Assembly: GCF_009914755.1 (NCBI RefSeq)
Contig: NC_060925.1
DNA from: the human T2T-CHM13v2.0 reference genome, Homo sapiens
Strand: one strand, 5' to 3'
Length of the DNA: 64,000 nt
In this document: positions 1-14,389 of the stretch, in pieces
Position numbering within the stretch: position 1 is the stretch's first letter
How the letters are laid out: every line of letters starts with the position of its first letter
Notes under the pieces: generated by a model
What the model was told of the DNA's origin: nothing
What the model saw: the letters and a program-made list of their open reading frames with translations, nothing else
Databases searched by the model: none
Program-made: the position numbers and the translations under genes

Positions 1-984
1 TTATGTAATGAATGCCTAGAGAAGAGAGTGTCAAGAAGAAAAAGACAGTAACTGTCAGGAGCTACAAAAGTGTCAAAAAGAAAATGATCAAGAAAACTAT
101 CAAACATGACAAGAAAGGCACTGGGAAAGCAAAAATCTTGCATTCATTGAGTGGTAGTTATGAAAAAGAGACTCCAAGCCCAACAAGCCTGAGAGACAAG
201 TTGGAAGAAAATGTGTTTAAACTCTGAATCACTATAGAGCCATGAACTAAGTATGAACTTAACCTTCATGAAAGCAGAAGTCCATTATGATTTCAGAGTT
301 CCATTGTGTGGCTCCATTATAATTTTGCAGTCTTGCTCAAAGGGAGTTCATGCTTAGTGCAAGAACCAGCAGTAATAGGTTACCTACAGTATTCCTAAAT
401 TCTTTAAATAACAGGTCATGTGACAGCTGTGTCTCTACTTCATTAATTATTAAAATTGGTAGATTTCCTCATTGTGAATTACTTAATTACCCAAGTGATT
501 TCTATCTTTCAGTTTAAACACTCAGTATTTCACATGACTGCTTATCCCAAGACAGGACAATGTCAGCAACATGAAGAAAATAGCAGTTAGAAAAAGGTTT
601 TAAATGGATAGATTGTTAGGAGACTTTATTGAAATTGGATACATTTTACATTTATACAGGTTACAGAGATTATATGATAGCTTTGAAAATTGGCTTAAAC
701 CTTACCAAGTCTTACTGCTTTTAAGCAGATTTCAATTTATAAATGGTCCACATACATAAAGCTAAGTAATAGAAGAGGCAATGATTTATGTGATAACTGT
801 CCTTTGTTCCCCAGTACAAAAAGATTGGAAAATTCATTCCCAGGAATAGCAATCTCCAGGTTTGTTTATTGGAGTGTTTTGTTTTGTGTGCTTTGCACTG
901 TACCAGTTAAAAAAAAAAAAAATTAGCTTGTGCTGCAAATATATGTATATTTTTGTTAATAAACAGATTCATGTTTATTGGATT

Positions 985-1078
985 ATATTGTATTAATATC
1001 TATTACACCTAATACATATTGTATTAATATCTATTATATCTAATACATATTAAGATATTAATATGTATTAATATCTTA
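985..1078. repeat. AT-rich 31-bp tandem repeat (x2.2) followed by a 13-bp perfect inverted repeat
   Basis: Units at 985-1015 and 1016-1046. taagatattaata-tg-tattaatatctta at 1051-1078. Confidence 0.85.
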
Positions 1079-1085
1079 TGTACTC

Positions 1086-1408
1086 CAGCAGTCCCCAACC
1101 TTTTTGGCACCAGGGACCAGATCCATGGAACACAATTTTTCCATGGAAGAAGGGCAGCGATGGTTTTGGGATGAAACTGCTCCACCTTAGATCAAAATGC
1201 ATTAGATTCTCATAAGGAGCACACAACCTAGATCCTTCACATGCGCAGTTGACAATGGGGTTCGTGCTCCTATGAGAATCTAATGCCACCGCTGATCTGA
1301 CAGGACAGTAATGCTCACTCACCCACTGCTCACCTCCTGCTGTGCGGCCCAGTTCCTAACAGGTCACAGACCAGAACCAGTCCATGGCCCATCGGTTGGG
1401 GATCCCTG
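1086..1408 (-). mobile_element. MER1B (hAT-Charlie MITE)
   Basis: Terminal inverted repeats cagcagtccccaacc / ggttggggatccctg, internal gcattagattctcata repeats, 8-bp TSD atgtactc/atgtacac. Confidence 0.85.
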
Positions 1409-1550
1409 ATGTACACTATAAAATACATTAAAATATTTAAAATTTTAATGACATAAAAGTAAATCTAAACAAAGTTCTAGTATTGTTCCCTGTATCCCCT
1501 CGACTGCCTTGCAATGTGCATAGCTTACTTGGGAAAACCCCATCCTAGAG

Positions 1551-1725
1551 CAGTAAGTTATCAAACTACAGCACACATAAAACCACCTGGGATGCCTATA
1601 AATGCAGATTCCATGCACCAACAAAAGAGACTCAGTGGGTCTGAGATGGGGTTCAGGAATCTGCATTGCTAGCAGTCACTCCAGGTGGTTCTGAAGCACA
1701 TTAAGCGCGACACTTGGAGAAACAC
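1551..1725. mobile_element. MER5A-like hAT MITE
   Basis: Characteristic aatgcagattcc...ggaatctgcatt internal palindrome. Confidence 0.65.
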
Positions 1726-2113
1726 CACAGAGGAGCCAAGACAGAGATTTTCCCTCCCATGCCATCAGCACAGCAACATCAGCCGGCAAGGGAGGGGGAA
1801 CAATGCTCTATTTTCACATGGATCATCCATCAACTAGGTGTTTCTGAGGGAGTGTTAGAACTATCACTTAAAAGAAAACATGTTCTGATTTCTACATTGC
1901 TAACCTATGAAGAAACATTTCACCTGCTGTATACCCACACATTTAAAATTTATTATACAACAGAATTCCTCCATTTAAATGAAATAGTTTTCCTCTAAAG
2001 TATAATTTTAAGTATAAAACTTTAAAAAGTATAAACCATTAAATCCCCTAGCAATTTAAGAAATCCATTTGAATCAATAATCATTTATGAAGTATCTATA
2101 ACATGTTGGGCAC

Positions 2114-2497
2114 TGATATAGTTTGGGTCTGTGCTCCCACCCAAATCTCACTTTGAATTGTAATCTCCATGTGTTGGAGGAAGGGCCTGGTGGGAGGTGA
2201 TTGAATCATGGGGGAACACTTCCCCCTTGCTGTTCTCATGATAGTGAATGAGTTCTAAGGAGATCTCGTTGTTTAAAAACGTGTGGCACTTCCACCTTCA
2301 CTCTCTCTCTCTCCTGTCACCATGTAAGATGTGGCTACTTCCCCTTTGCCTTCTGCCATGATTGTAAGTTTCCTGAGGCCTCCCGAGCCATGCTTCCTGT
2401 ATAGGCTGTGGAACTGTGAATCAATTAAATCTATTTTCTTCATAAATTACCTAGTCTCGGGTAGTTCTTTATAGCAGTGTGAGAACAGACTAATACA
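2114..2497 (+). mobile_element. MSTA/THE1-type MaLR solo LTR
   Basis: tgatatagtttgg...gagaacagactaataca termini. TSD ggcac/gacac. Confidence 0.85.
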
Positions 2498-2802
2498 GAC
2501 ACCAAAAGAAGCAGTCTGATATTATAGAAAGGATACAACTTTTGTAATTGGAAGCAACCTGGGTTTAATTCCTGGCTCTGCTACTTGTTTGATTTTGAAC
2601 AAGTTGCTTGACCCTACTAGGTCCCAGTTTCCTTATCTCTAAAAAAAGCAACAAAATACCTACATGCAAAGCCTCTGTGAGAAATAAATGAGATACATGT
2701 AATATGCAACAAGTGATAGCTGCAATCATAACAACAACACAATGATCTGCACTTTAGTAGTAGCTGTTTAAAAACACAAATACTTGACCTTTTCCTCATT
2801 AA

Positions 2803-3131
<329 letters not shown>

Positions 3132-3354
3132 CATTTCCCATGTTCTAAAGTACTGAATACACAGGCTCTAAAGGCCAAATTCCAACTGCACCGTTTACTT
3201 GTCTGGGCAAATTACTTCACCTTTCTAAGTCTGAATTTCCTCCTAGATAAAAGGGATAATAATAATACACCTCTAGCTTGTATTTTATGAAGATAAAAAT
3301 GAAGAATCTATCTAAAATGCTTAGCCACTGACTGGCACTCAGTAAGCACTGAGT

Positions 3355-3462
3355 AATTTTTACTCATAATTATCAAGCCATATTAAGAAATTATTACTCA
3401 TATTAAGAAATTTTTACTCATTATTATCAAGCCATATTAAGAAATTATTTTCAAGCCATATT
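3355..3462. repeat. Degenerate AT-rich tandem repeat (tcaagccatattaagaaatt units)
   Basis: catattaagaaatt occurs three times and tcaagccatatt three times within about 110 bp. Confidence 0.75.
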
Positions 3463-4609
3463 TGCTATTGCTGGTGCAAACAAGAGCAAATGATTTGACT
3501 AAGATAACTACATGTATCACCTATATCTAAATCTAAAAATGTTCCTTTAGCATTCTTCCTTCAGCAAAAAAAATAAATTAATAAAAAGCGAGTTAATTAA
3601 TTTAAATGTTCCTAAATTTTAACATTGAGCAGATATTTTATTCTGCTTCAAAACTTTTGGGAGTCTGCTTTACCAAGAGCAGAAAATCTAAAACACATGA
3701 TAGAATTGTAGGCTTTTCACAATTTGCCTGTATCACATTTCCTGCTCTTCCTTTCTTTTACCCCATCTCTGTCTCTCCACTCTAGACATCTACCTTCTCG
3801 CCATTTTCAAAGTGGGCTATATTCTCAAAGTTTTGGAGCAATGTTATCTCCTAAGAGATGAGTCATTAAATGCTACATTGACATTTCCTGCAGTTCCTCA
3901 AAAATCATTAGCCAAGACCTGAAACAAAATCGAATTATTCCTATTAATATGTGTTGCAATATCCACCAGTGTAGTCTTCTTGAGAATAAAGATTCAGACT
4001 CATAAAACTATGTTAGGCTGTACTTGGCATCAGAGTCACGTAGAAAGATGTGAGACAGGAAACATACCACACCAGCAAGGCAGTGTGAGGCATTCTCCCC
4101 TCAGTGGGAGGTCTTACAGCAGCTTACTCAGCTGTCCAGGACCTATTCTCTTTTTTCCCTCCCCGCCTCCCTAGAGAAAGCTCAGGTCTAAGGAGATGAG
4201 ATTCATATTGGGCAAGTTTCCCCACAGGAGCCAATATCTCTTGCAACAACCTCAAAGTCACTGCTTCTAGGTCCCCTGCAATGTTAATCTACTATCACTA
4301 CACTCAGGGAAGCCCAAATACGTGGCTTCTTATTAGGTATTTATAGTTCTTCTGGTCACATGCATTTTACTAATCAGAAGCCATTTTTGTCTTGAGCCGT
4401 GTTGCCTTATAACACAAGGGACACTCTACCTCTATCTAGTTTCCAGCAAAATTTTTCTACCTTTATCCAGTTTCTGGCAAAATTTGACATTTATAGGAAA
4501 GCGTGTGCCTTAAAAACGGGCAATTACAGTAGTTTTTCCAAAAATGGGGGAAAGAGAGGGAAGAAGAGAGAAAAAGACACTTGAAAAGACAGCTTAACAA
4601 TATACTTAC

Positions 4610-4757
4610 CATCATTAGCTGCACCATCTGCTAGAAATATGTAATAGCTTGTGTTTAGATCAAATCTATTCTTAACTCCAGGAAGGGTAATGTTTCTTCT
4701 GAAAGAACACTGCATAACACCGTCCGCCAACCTCCAAGCCATATCCTCAAGGGTATC
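4610..4757 (-). CDS. FRRS1: FRRS1 coding exon (exon 9): DOMON domain, DTLEDMAWRLADGVMQCSFRR...DGAAND
   Basis: Acceptor tgtgtgtgtttgtag|GAT, donor GATG|gtaagt. 148 nt, cumulative 1006. The gene continues beyond position 1. Confidence 0.95.
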
Positions 4758-5191
4758 CTACAAACACACACAATGGGTCTTCTCAGCACTTTCCAAAGAT
4801 TTGCTAAAAATAAGATATGATCAAAATCCTGCCCTGTTCAGTTTCCTTTCTCTAAGATCGTATGTGCATGCTTTGTCTGCAGTGTCATTGTTTTTCCACT
4901 TCCTCTTTGAAGAGAACAAGAAACATTTTCTCCCAGTTTATTTGTCTTTATCCCACTTGGCAAAAAGAAAAAATATTATTTTTACTTTGAGCCAGAACTC
5001 CACAATTCCTCTACCTAGGTTAGAAATTTTAACAGATGTACTAACTCCATCTGGCCACTAGTATACAATCAAAAACATTGAAATAAACAATTAACAAGTA
5101 CTACCCTAGTGGCCAAAATGCAACATGCAACTGGGGAGAAGTTCCAAGCCAGCCTTGGGAGTCAATCCCATGGGAAGGCTGTGCACAGTTA

Positions 5192-5275
5192 TGTCATTAA
5201 GTAATAGCTACTGCTCCGTCAGAGCTCATTTGCTGTCATTAAGTGATAGCTACTGCTCTTTCAGAGCTCATTTGC
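5192..5275. repeat. 42-bp tandem duplication in intron 8
   Basis: 5192-5233 versus 5234-5275, 39/42 identical. Confidence 0.9.
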
Positions 5276-5765
5276 TTGTCAACTGTCCTGCAAAAAAGAC
5301 ACTTCTCTACCAGAAATAGCCCACCTTTGACACACATGCCAACAAAGGGCACTTAAGACAACTGTCCAAGGCATCTCCAGCCTTCATCAAATGTGCTCCT
5401 CTTTCTCACTAGTCAAGAAATTTTGTCACTAATGTCATCCTCTGTCTTAGAAACCCATCAGCTTTTTGAAAGGAAGCTGATGCCCTGACCATCTTAATAA
5501 ACCATAAAGTACTTTTTTGTAAGATACAACCAAAAGGATGTAAGTGACACAAGCAAGAATTCATCTTTTCCTATAAGAGAAACTTCTGAAGTGTAGAAAA
5601 GTTTCTCAGAAATCATTATGAGAGGAGCCCTGCTGGCAGGCCCCTGCTCAGGCTAGGTGGAACTGTGGGGGTTGGAGGCAATCTAGCAGCACAGCCACGC
5701 CAGTGATAGCCACACAGCCGGAAAGCGGGTCTCCAGGTGGAGGTTCTCAGAATTTTCACACCTAC

Positions 5766-5864
5766 CCTGGAGTCCATTACAGGGTGACTTCGCCCCGTTA
5801 AATGGGAAGGCTGGATGTACACAGTCTGATCTTCATGAATACACAGATAAGCATCATCATCACC
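5766..5864 (-). CDS. FRRS1: FRRS1 coding exon (exon 8): DOMON domain, GDDDAYLCIHEDQTVYIQPSHLTGRSHPVMDSR
   Basis: Acceptor ttgtttttcag|GGT, donor AGG|gtaggt. 99 nt, cumulative 858. Confidence 0.95.
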
Positions 5865-6556
5865 CTGAAAAACAATTGCAAATGAGAAAAAAAGCTCAAA
5901 GGAATTTCAGCATTTTATTTTCTCTTTTTAAAAAAGTACATCAGGAAACCAAATATTATGTGATGCTTTGAAAACATAATTTACTGAATCATGAATGATG
6001 CTATGAATTCTAGAGAACTGGCTATCTGATTTGCGAGTAGCAAATAATTTTGTTATAATACAAAAGCACTAGAATTTCAGTGTAAAATAATAGATTAAGA
6101 TAGATATATAACATGTTTATATGTTCATAAACCCATCACTAATCGAACACCACTTTAATATTTTCATGTATATTCATCCAAACCTATTTGTATTATACCT
6201 ATTTTTTCCTTCCCAAATGGGAAAATATAGAGTTCTGTTACCTTTTTTCAATTAACTTACCATAAACAATACTCCAGATATTTATTTATTAATAAATATC
6301 TATATCCTACATATTTTAATGACCAAATACACTGCATTGTACTGGATATTTTTTGGTAACTTCTAAGATGGAAGATACTGTAAAGAAATATTGCTACATA
6401 GTGTACATATTCAATAGATTTAATGTTATATAACTGAGGCAAAAATACCTGCACTCAAGGAGGAATTAGTCAAACAATCTACCTCTTATCTATCCTTTAG
6501 TCTCCAAAGATCCTTAACTCTGAAAGTTAGATCTTATTCTTTAAAGTGATAATCAA

Positions 6557-7180
<624 letters not shown>

Positions 7181-7629
7181 TAAAGTGATAATCAAAAAGC
7201 AGACTGTCAATTAATAGGGGGAAAAAGAATGAAAAAGAATACCAAAAAAGAAGCAGACTGTAACTTCAAAGTACATTTAAACAATGGCACAAAGGAATAA
7301 TCTTGATTTTAAGTTATTATCCATGGTTTGGTCTTTCACTTGGTTTCTCCATAAACTATCTAACAAGGTTCTTTATGTGCTTTAGTCACCCAATTCCTTA
7401 AACAAGGTCCAAGACTACCCAGTTATAACAAATCTTGCTATAAATTCCAATATTAGATTCTAACATACTTCTATAGTTTCAGATTCAACTTTATTTTTAA
7501 ATGTTCCACTTTTAAAAACTCTCAAGGATGTACTCTTAGCAAAGTAATTATGTACTGTTACACATATTACAGTAAAATCAGAATTAGCCCAATTCCAGAT
7601 AAGAAATTTGGAGCAATCATGACTTAAAC

Positions 7630-8082
7630 CAGGAGTCAACAAACCATGGCCAGCAAATCAAATTCAACCTAAAGCTTGTTTCTATATAGCTCATAGTTTA
7701 AGAATGACTTCTACATACTTAGGTGGTGAAAAGAATGTTTCATGACAAATGAAAATAAATCAAACTGAAATTCAATGTCCATGTTTCATTGGAACACAGC
7801 CACATTTATTCATGTACATATCATCTATGGCTGCTTTTATACTACAACAGAGTTTAGTAGCTACAACAGAGACCATATTGCCCACGAACTCTAAAATAGT
7901 TACTACCTGGTCCTTACAGAAAACGTTTTTTGAACCCCGATTTATTTTTTATTTTTTAAAAAAGTAGAGATGGATTCTCGCCCTGTTGCCCAGGCTGGTC
8001 TTGAAATCTTGGGCTTAAGCAATCCTCCTGCCTCAGCCACCCAAAGTGATGAGACTACAGGTGTAAGCCACCATGCTGGGCC
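7630..8082. mobile_element. MER58-like hAT element with a FLAM (about 7945-8082, minus) inserted at its end
   Basis: MER58-like ends. FLAM TSD tgaaccccgattta/tgaaccctgattta. Confidence 0.65.
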
Positions 8083-8916
8083 TGAACCCTGATTTAAACA
8101 ATGCATGTTTTCTATAATATCCATCATGAATGAGACATAGAAATTCTTTTGTTACACAAAAAATCTTAATACAAATAATGGTTGATTTGAGGCAAACTGA
8201 GGATGAGAAGTCAAATAAAATCAATACAAGTAGACCTCCCAAATATTAGAGAAGATGATGGGGATAGACAGCAGGTAACTCTCAGTTCTCACTATTCCAA
8301 ATGAAGAGTAAGTGAACGTGCTATTCCAACCTCAGGCTCCAGGCAGTTCTAGAAACCTCAAGTTTGAAAGCATAAAAGTACACCATATAAGAACTTCCAC
8401 CAAATCCCTGGGTTGTACTGAAGCTCTCTCCCCAGTTTGCCCCTCTCAAGTCAAGCATTTAGAGAGCATCCTATGAGAGAACATTAAGCTGGACACTGTG
8501 GGAGAAACAAAAATGACTTTATTATAAGAATATGGCTCTTATAACCTAAAGCTATATTTTATTGAGCCAGACAGATAGGTAAAGTGACATGAAAAGACAA
8601 ATTATGTATGGCCAGAGAATTGAAAATGGCTTATCAGAAAAGACAGTAATTAAGCAGATCTTAGAAGATAAAACATATTTATAGGAGGACAAGGTAAAGA
8701 TGAGATTAAAGGAAAGGTTTTCCAAGTTGAAGGACTTCTAGGACCAATGATATAGAAATATGAAAATTTTAAGAAACAGGTAGTTTTGCTAGCTAAAATA
8801 TATAAAGGATAAAAAGAGAGCTCTAAGGCTGAAAATTCTAGAAGTATTCCCAAAGTAGTGAGCACCATGCTTTAAGAAAAGAACAGTTTTTCTATAATTA
8901 TTATATAATTCTATAA

Positions 8917-9262
<346 letters not shown>

Positions 9263-9499
9263 AAGACGATCTTAAATGTGGCTTGGGGAGAAAATTCCAA
9301 TGGCTGTGTGAAGGATGAAATGAAAGAGGAAATCATGGAAGCAAGAGGACTAATGGCGGGTTACTACAGCAGTCCAGGAAGCAGACAGTAAAACTACAAG
9401 CCAAGTCAGAGATAGTGACAATGCAACAAAGAGAATGAAAGAGGTATGTCAAAGATAGAATCAGAAGTACCTGGAGATCAGTAGCAGTGAACATATTAG

Positions 9500-10680
9500 C
9501 ACCCAAATCTTGATTTCTAGATCTATTCCTACTAAAAGGAAATAAAGCTCTTTTGAGAAATGATGAAATGCATGAAAGTATGAATGGAGAACATCTTGTT
9601 ACACCAGAAACAAAGACATGCTCAAAAGTGGTGGAGACACATCAAAAGGGCACAGAAGCCTGCTTGAAAGGGCTCCCATTGGCCGAATTGGCGTCAATAT
9701 GACCCTGTGAAAGAATGAATGGTGGTAATAAACTACAACACAATGGACAAAAGAAACCCATTAGTCCACAGTGTTATATAAAAGGGAAGGGCAAGTGCAG
9801 AGGAAAGGAAACTCGTATTTTCATAAGAATGCCAGCTAATAAGTAAGTTAGAAGATCACCATTTTGCAACCACAAATGTAACAATTGATTCATAGGAGAA
9901 ACATCAATAAATGCAAAAACCTAGTTACAGGCTATTGGGGAACAGATTATTCATACAGACTCAAAGTATCATCCCACATATTACTTATTACAAAAAGAAA
10001 ATAGACTTCATGATACAGAAATCTGACAGACACCAGTGATCAAACATAGCATCATCAATAATAGAACAATTGGACATTATGAAACTTTTGAAATAATGCA
10101 CTGATGTGGAAATAATATCCCTTATGTAGCATTTGTGCCAAAAAGTCTTAACATAAATCTATTATATAAATTGTAGAATATTCTACAAATAACTGGCCTG
10201 AATTTAATTTATAAAAAAGAAAAAGGATTAAGTAACTGTTCTAAAGTAAAGGAGATCCAAGAGATGTAACAACCAAATGCCCTGAGTAATAACTGATTGG
10301 ATCCTGAATAAGAAATATTTTTATAAAACAAAGGACTTTATTGGGACAGCTGGGAAAATTGGAATACAGATCGTCTGTTACATAAAATTAACGTTAAATT
10401 TTCTTAATGTGATAAAAATATTGTGGTAATTGTAGGAGAATGTCCATGTTCTTAGAAGACACATGTTGAAAACCTTAGAGATGAAATGTCATGACTATCT
10501 GTAATTTACTTTCAAATAATTCAAGAAAAAAATATGTATTTATATACACCACAAAAATCAACTTAGGTAGATAGAAATAGAAAGATAAAGTGGCAAATCT
10601 AGGTGAAGGGCTTATGGGCTTCACTGTACTATCTTTTTAACTTTTATTGAGGTTTAAAACTTTTCAAAACAAAAAATTGG
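9500..10680 (+). mobile_element. Old L1M (L1MC/ME-like) 3' region
   Basis: A-rich degenerate L1 3' end motifs (aatctaggtgaaggg..cactgtactatct..aacttttattgaggtttaaaac). Confidence 0.55.
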
Positions 10681-11164
10681 AAATGGCAGAAGGAAGGACC
10701 TGAAAGATGGATGAAAGGAAGGAATCCAAGTCAAAACCAATATTTCTCTGAATACCAAAAAAGATGCTGGCAGCAGTAACTGATGTGTTTATAAATTGCC
10801 TAGGACAGTACCCAACAAGAAACAAGCCATCAACAATGGTAGCTGCTTTCCTAACATTGCTGATCACCAAGAATGGGGAAGACAAGGAGACATCAGGGGG
10901 CATAATAAAAAGTTCAGTCTTTTAGATGTTGCTTTGTGCTGTCCAGGAACACACATCTGGACGAGACCAGCCTGCAGCTGGAAATCACAGTCTGGAGTCC
11001 AAGGGAGTTCAGGATTGGGGACATCCTGGAATTGGGGCATGGAGAGATCATGTATGGAATAAGATGATACAGCGCAGTGGAAGGAGAAGGAAGGAAGCTA
11101 ATGCACATACTTGATAGACTTTACATTATTTAACAAAATATCTCAAATAGGAAAGAGGTATGTA

Positions 11165-11376
11165 CCGTACATCTTCACTTAAACTCATAGGTAAGTTCTT
11201 GAAAATTGTGACTTTAAGCAAAACAACATACAACATGGCCAATATTCTTTCCTCATCAATGTCATAACAAAACGATATTGAGGGAAATGATATTATTCAA
11301 GGAACTGCTGTATGTAGCCTCACTTAAAGTCAGAGGCTCCAAGAACCTATTGACGACATGAAGTGAGGACTTATTG
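11165..11376. mobile_element. Tigger-family (TcMar) MITE
   Basis: Terminal inverted repeats (..cttcacttaa..ggtaagttcttgaaaattgtgactttaag / cttaaagtcagaggctccaagaacctat..aagtgaggacttattg) flanked by TA. Confidence 0.65.
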
Positions 11377-12605
11377 TACTTGGAAATTCAGTTAAAATTC
11401 ACACATTAGCAAGTCATTATTATCAGAAATAGGGTAAATTACACATTTTGATTTTAGTGATGAGGTCTAACATACCAAAATAATTGCTAACATTAATTTA
11501 CAAGCCAAATTGAAAAAGGGGTATAATTTAGGTTATCGAATGAGTATTCGTGACATCAGATACCTTCAGTATTTAAATTTACATTATACACTCCAAAGAA
11601 ATAGCAGGTCACAAAAATACCTGAAAGTTTTAAAAGTAATAACCAAAAATAGAAATAACCACTTAAAAATATATTTTGAGGATGATTCATTTCCCCCAAG
11701 TTAGTCAAACAGGTGTACAGATTATTTTAATCATTAAACAGGATTTCTCTGTAAATCAACTGCACCTGCGTAATTAAGCCTTTTTTGTAAACATTTTTGA
11801 TGAGTACTATACTGGAAACAGATAAGATTTCTAAGTAAGATAAATATATCTTGAATTAGAGAGAAATGCTTTTGTGTCATCAATGCCTACAATTTAGAAC
11901 AGAATAACTGACCTACCTGTGGGCTATTCATTACCATACTGAATGCAGTAACAGTCTTTCCCTCTTGCTTACAGGTTTTATGTAACCAGTAAAAGGAAAT
12001 GTATCCGTATACTATAGCATGAATCTTGGCTATAAAGTGACTGGAATAAGTTGGATTTTTTTTTAAGTGGCTAGAGCATATATCTAAATGAGTGCTGTAA
12101 CTCAGAGATGAACCTTAATGAAACTATACATTCATTCAACAGGTTAATCCTTTTTGGACTCATTTTCAGAATTTCCTTTCTAGCCAGTTTTATCACATTC
12201 ACATGACAGCAGCACTACCACCACCTATCATTATTGCTTTATAGTCACATTTTATTTTCAACTCAACCTCATTCACCTTATACACTAAACATTGTTCATT
12301 TTTGCCAACACTAAGAATATCCAAAAGAATATGCTACAGGTCTGATGGCAATCACAAAAGGAAGTGGGGAAGATGTTTTGAACAATCAGCGCATCAGCTG
12401 AGCAAGTATAAAATTTCCTATACAAGCAACTTGGAAGGGGAAGGATTCATTATTTCTTATATGTTATTTTTTTAAGTACATGGTATCTTTTGTATCTCAT
12501 AGACTTAAGGTATATCTTTTGTTTAATGAAAGAAGATAGAAGTGCATTCTAGAGGTGTCTAGTGAAATATGTAGGTCATATATACATACTGAAATGGTAT
12601 CCTAC

Positions 12606-12960
12606 ATCATTCTCAGCAAACTATCGCAAGGACAAAAAACCAAACACCGCATGTTCTCACTCATAGGTGGGAGCTGAACAATGAGAACACATGGACACAG
12701 GAAGGGGGACATCACACTCCGGGGACTGTTGTGGGGTGGGGGGAGGGGGAGGGATAGCATTAGGAGATATACCTAATGCTAAATGACGAGTTAATGGGTG
12801 CAGCACACCAACATGGCACATGTATACATATGTAACAAACCTGCACATTGTGCACATGTACCCTAAAACTTAGTGTACTAATAATAAAATAAAATAAAAA
12901 TAAATAAAATAAAAATAAAAAAGAATTCAAAAAAAGAATTAGGACAATTAAAAAAAAAAA
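12606..12960 (+). mobile_element. 5'-truncated young L1PA (L1PA3/4-like) 3' UTR with compound A tail
   Basis: catcattctcagcaaactatcgcaaggacaaaaaaccaaacaccgcatgttctcactcatagg...gtaccctaaaact, with the L1 G-rich tract. Confidence 0.9.
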
Positions 12961-13837
12961 AGAAAGTTAGTTACATCCAGCGTCTTACAATACTTGCAAA
13001 CACTGCTCCAGGACCAATGTGATCAAGTGCACTTTCAGGACGAGCATTAGTTTTTCTATTACAGCCATGTCAGAGTTCCTTTTCTTTTTCTGAAATATGA
13101 TTCCCTAAAGAAGTGGTGTTAAGTTTAAATCCTGATAAGAAGAAAACTCTCAAGACAAGACCCCTTGCCTGTGCTAATAAGGGGCTTTCTCCATTTCTGG
13201 TCATCCCTATGCCCCAAGGCCCACTCTGCTTGAACAGGACTTATACACGTCCTGGCCACAATACTCTTCCTGCTCCCTAGGAAAGCAAGATGTTTATGCA
13301 GGCCTCTGCTCTTCCACACCACAGCACAAGGCTGCCACCTACAGAATCATTTAATCCATTTCAGCACTACCCAGGATGAGTGAGAATCGGCTTAAAAATA
13401 AATGCTGGCTTCTGCTGATTTGACAAAGGAGCCTACTGTAATACATGCTGCCTGGATATACAAGTTTAATTCTCTTTTTAGGAAAGGCACTGATGACTAC
13501 TAAAATAGGACAAAAGAGCAGGAACACATGTTTTAGTTCTGGCCACTTGAATAAACAATTCTGGTTTGAAAAGCATTACAAAAAACATGACATTTTATGC
13601 AGAACAACTTTTCTTAACTGTATTTCCTGCTTTATCGCAAAGAGACAGACAGACATAAAATGGCAAATACACTGGAAATAAAATGATCTTCCAAACTTTC
13701 CTTAGGACAGCCTGTTCTTGGAAGTAATTGCCCAACTGTTAAAATCATACAGTACTCAAAGCCGTTTAACTTAGAATCTGTTCTAAGTTAGCTTCTCCTG
13801 GATGATCATTTGACCCTGGAACAAACAGTTTCAATGA

Positions 13838-14161
<324 letters not shown>

Positions 14162-14206
14162 ATGATTCTCCTTTTGTTACCACTTATGTAAGTGAGAGGT
14201 ACCAAC

Positions 14207-14389
14207 CATCCATTGATCATGAGACAATGCAAAGGATAAATAGCCTTTACTGGGGCCACTCATTTCAACCATCACCGATTGGTCATCTCTTGTGAAGGAC
14301 AAGAAGACACAGGAAGCCTCCTTCTCTGGGTCACAGTTCAAAGGACTCCTAATACAGAACTTCTTGTTCCCACAATCTGAGGCACTGAA
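14207..14389 (-). CDS. FRRS1: FRRS1 coding exon (exon 7): FSASDCGNKKFCIRSPLNCDPEKEASC...ALSHDQWM, start of DOMON domain
   Basis: Acceptor catttttctag|TTC, donor ATG|gttggt. 183 nt, phase 0-0, cumulative 759. Confidence 0.95.

Noticed and set aside
12-227. Lysine-rich 71-aa ORF
   Set aside because: It reflects A-rich composition of intronic sequence antisense to FRRS1. No recognisable homology.
3355-5275. Short repeated units resembling a CRISPR-like array
   Set aside because: These are simple tandem duplications without unique spacers, in a eukaryotic intron.
11905-11930. Strong donor-like CAG|gtaggt on the minus strand in intron 7
   Set aside because: I could not identify a convincing paired acceptor or in-frame exon. 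Isolated motifs of this kind are expected by chance.
12721-12753. G-quadruplex-forming tract
   Set aside because: It is the standard G-rich segment of the L1PA 3' UTR, not locus-specific.
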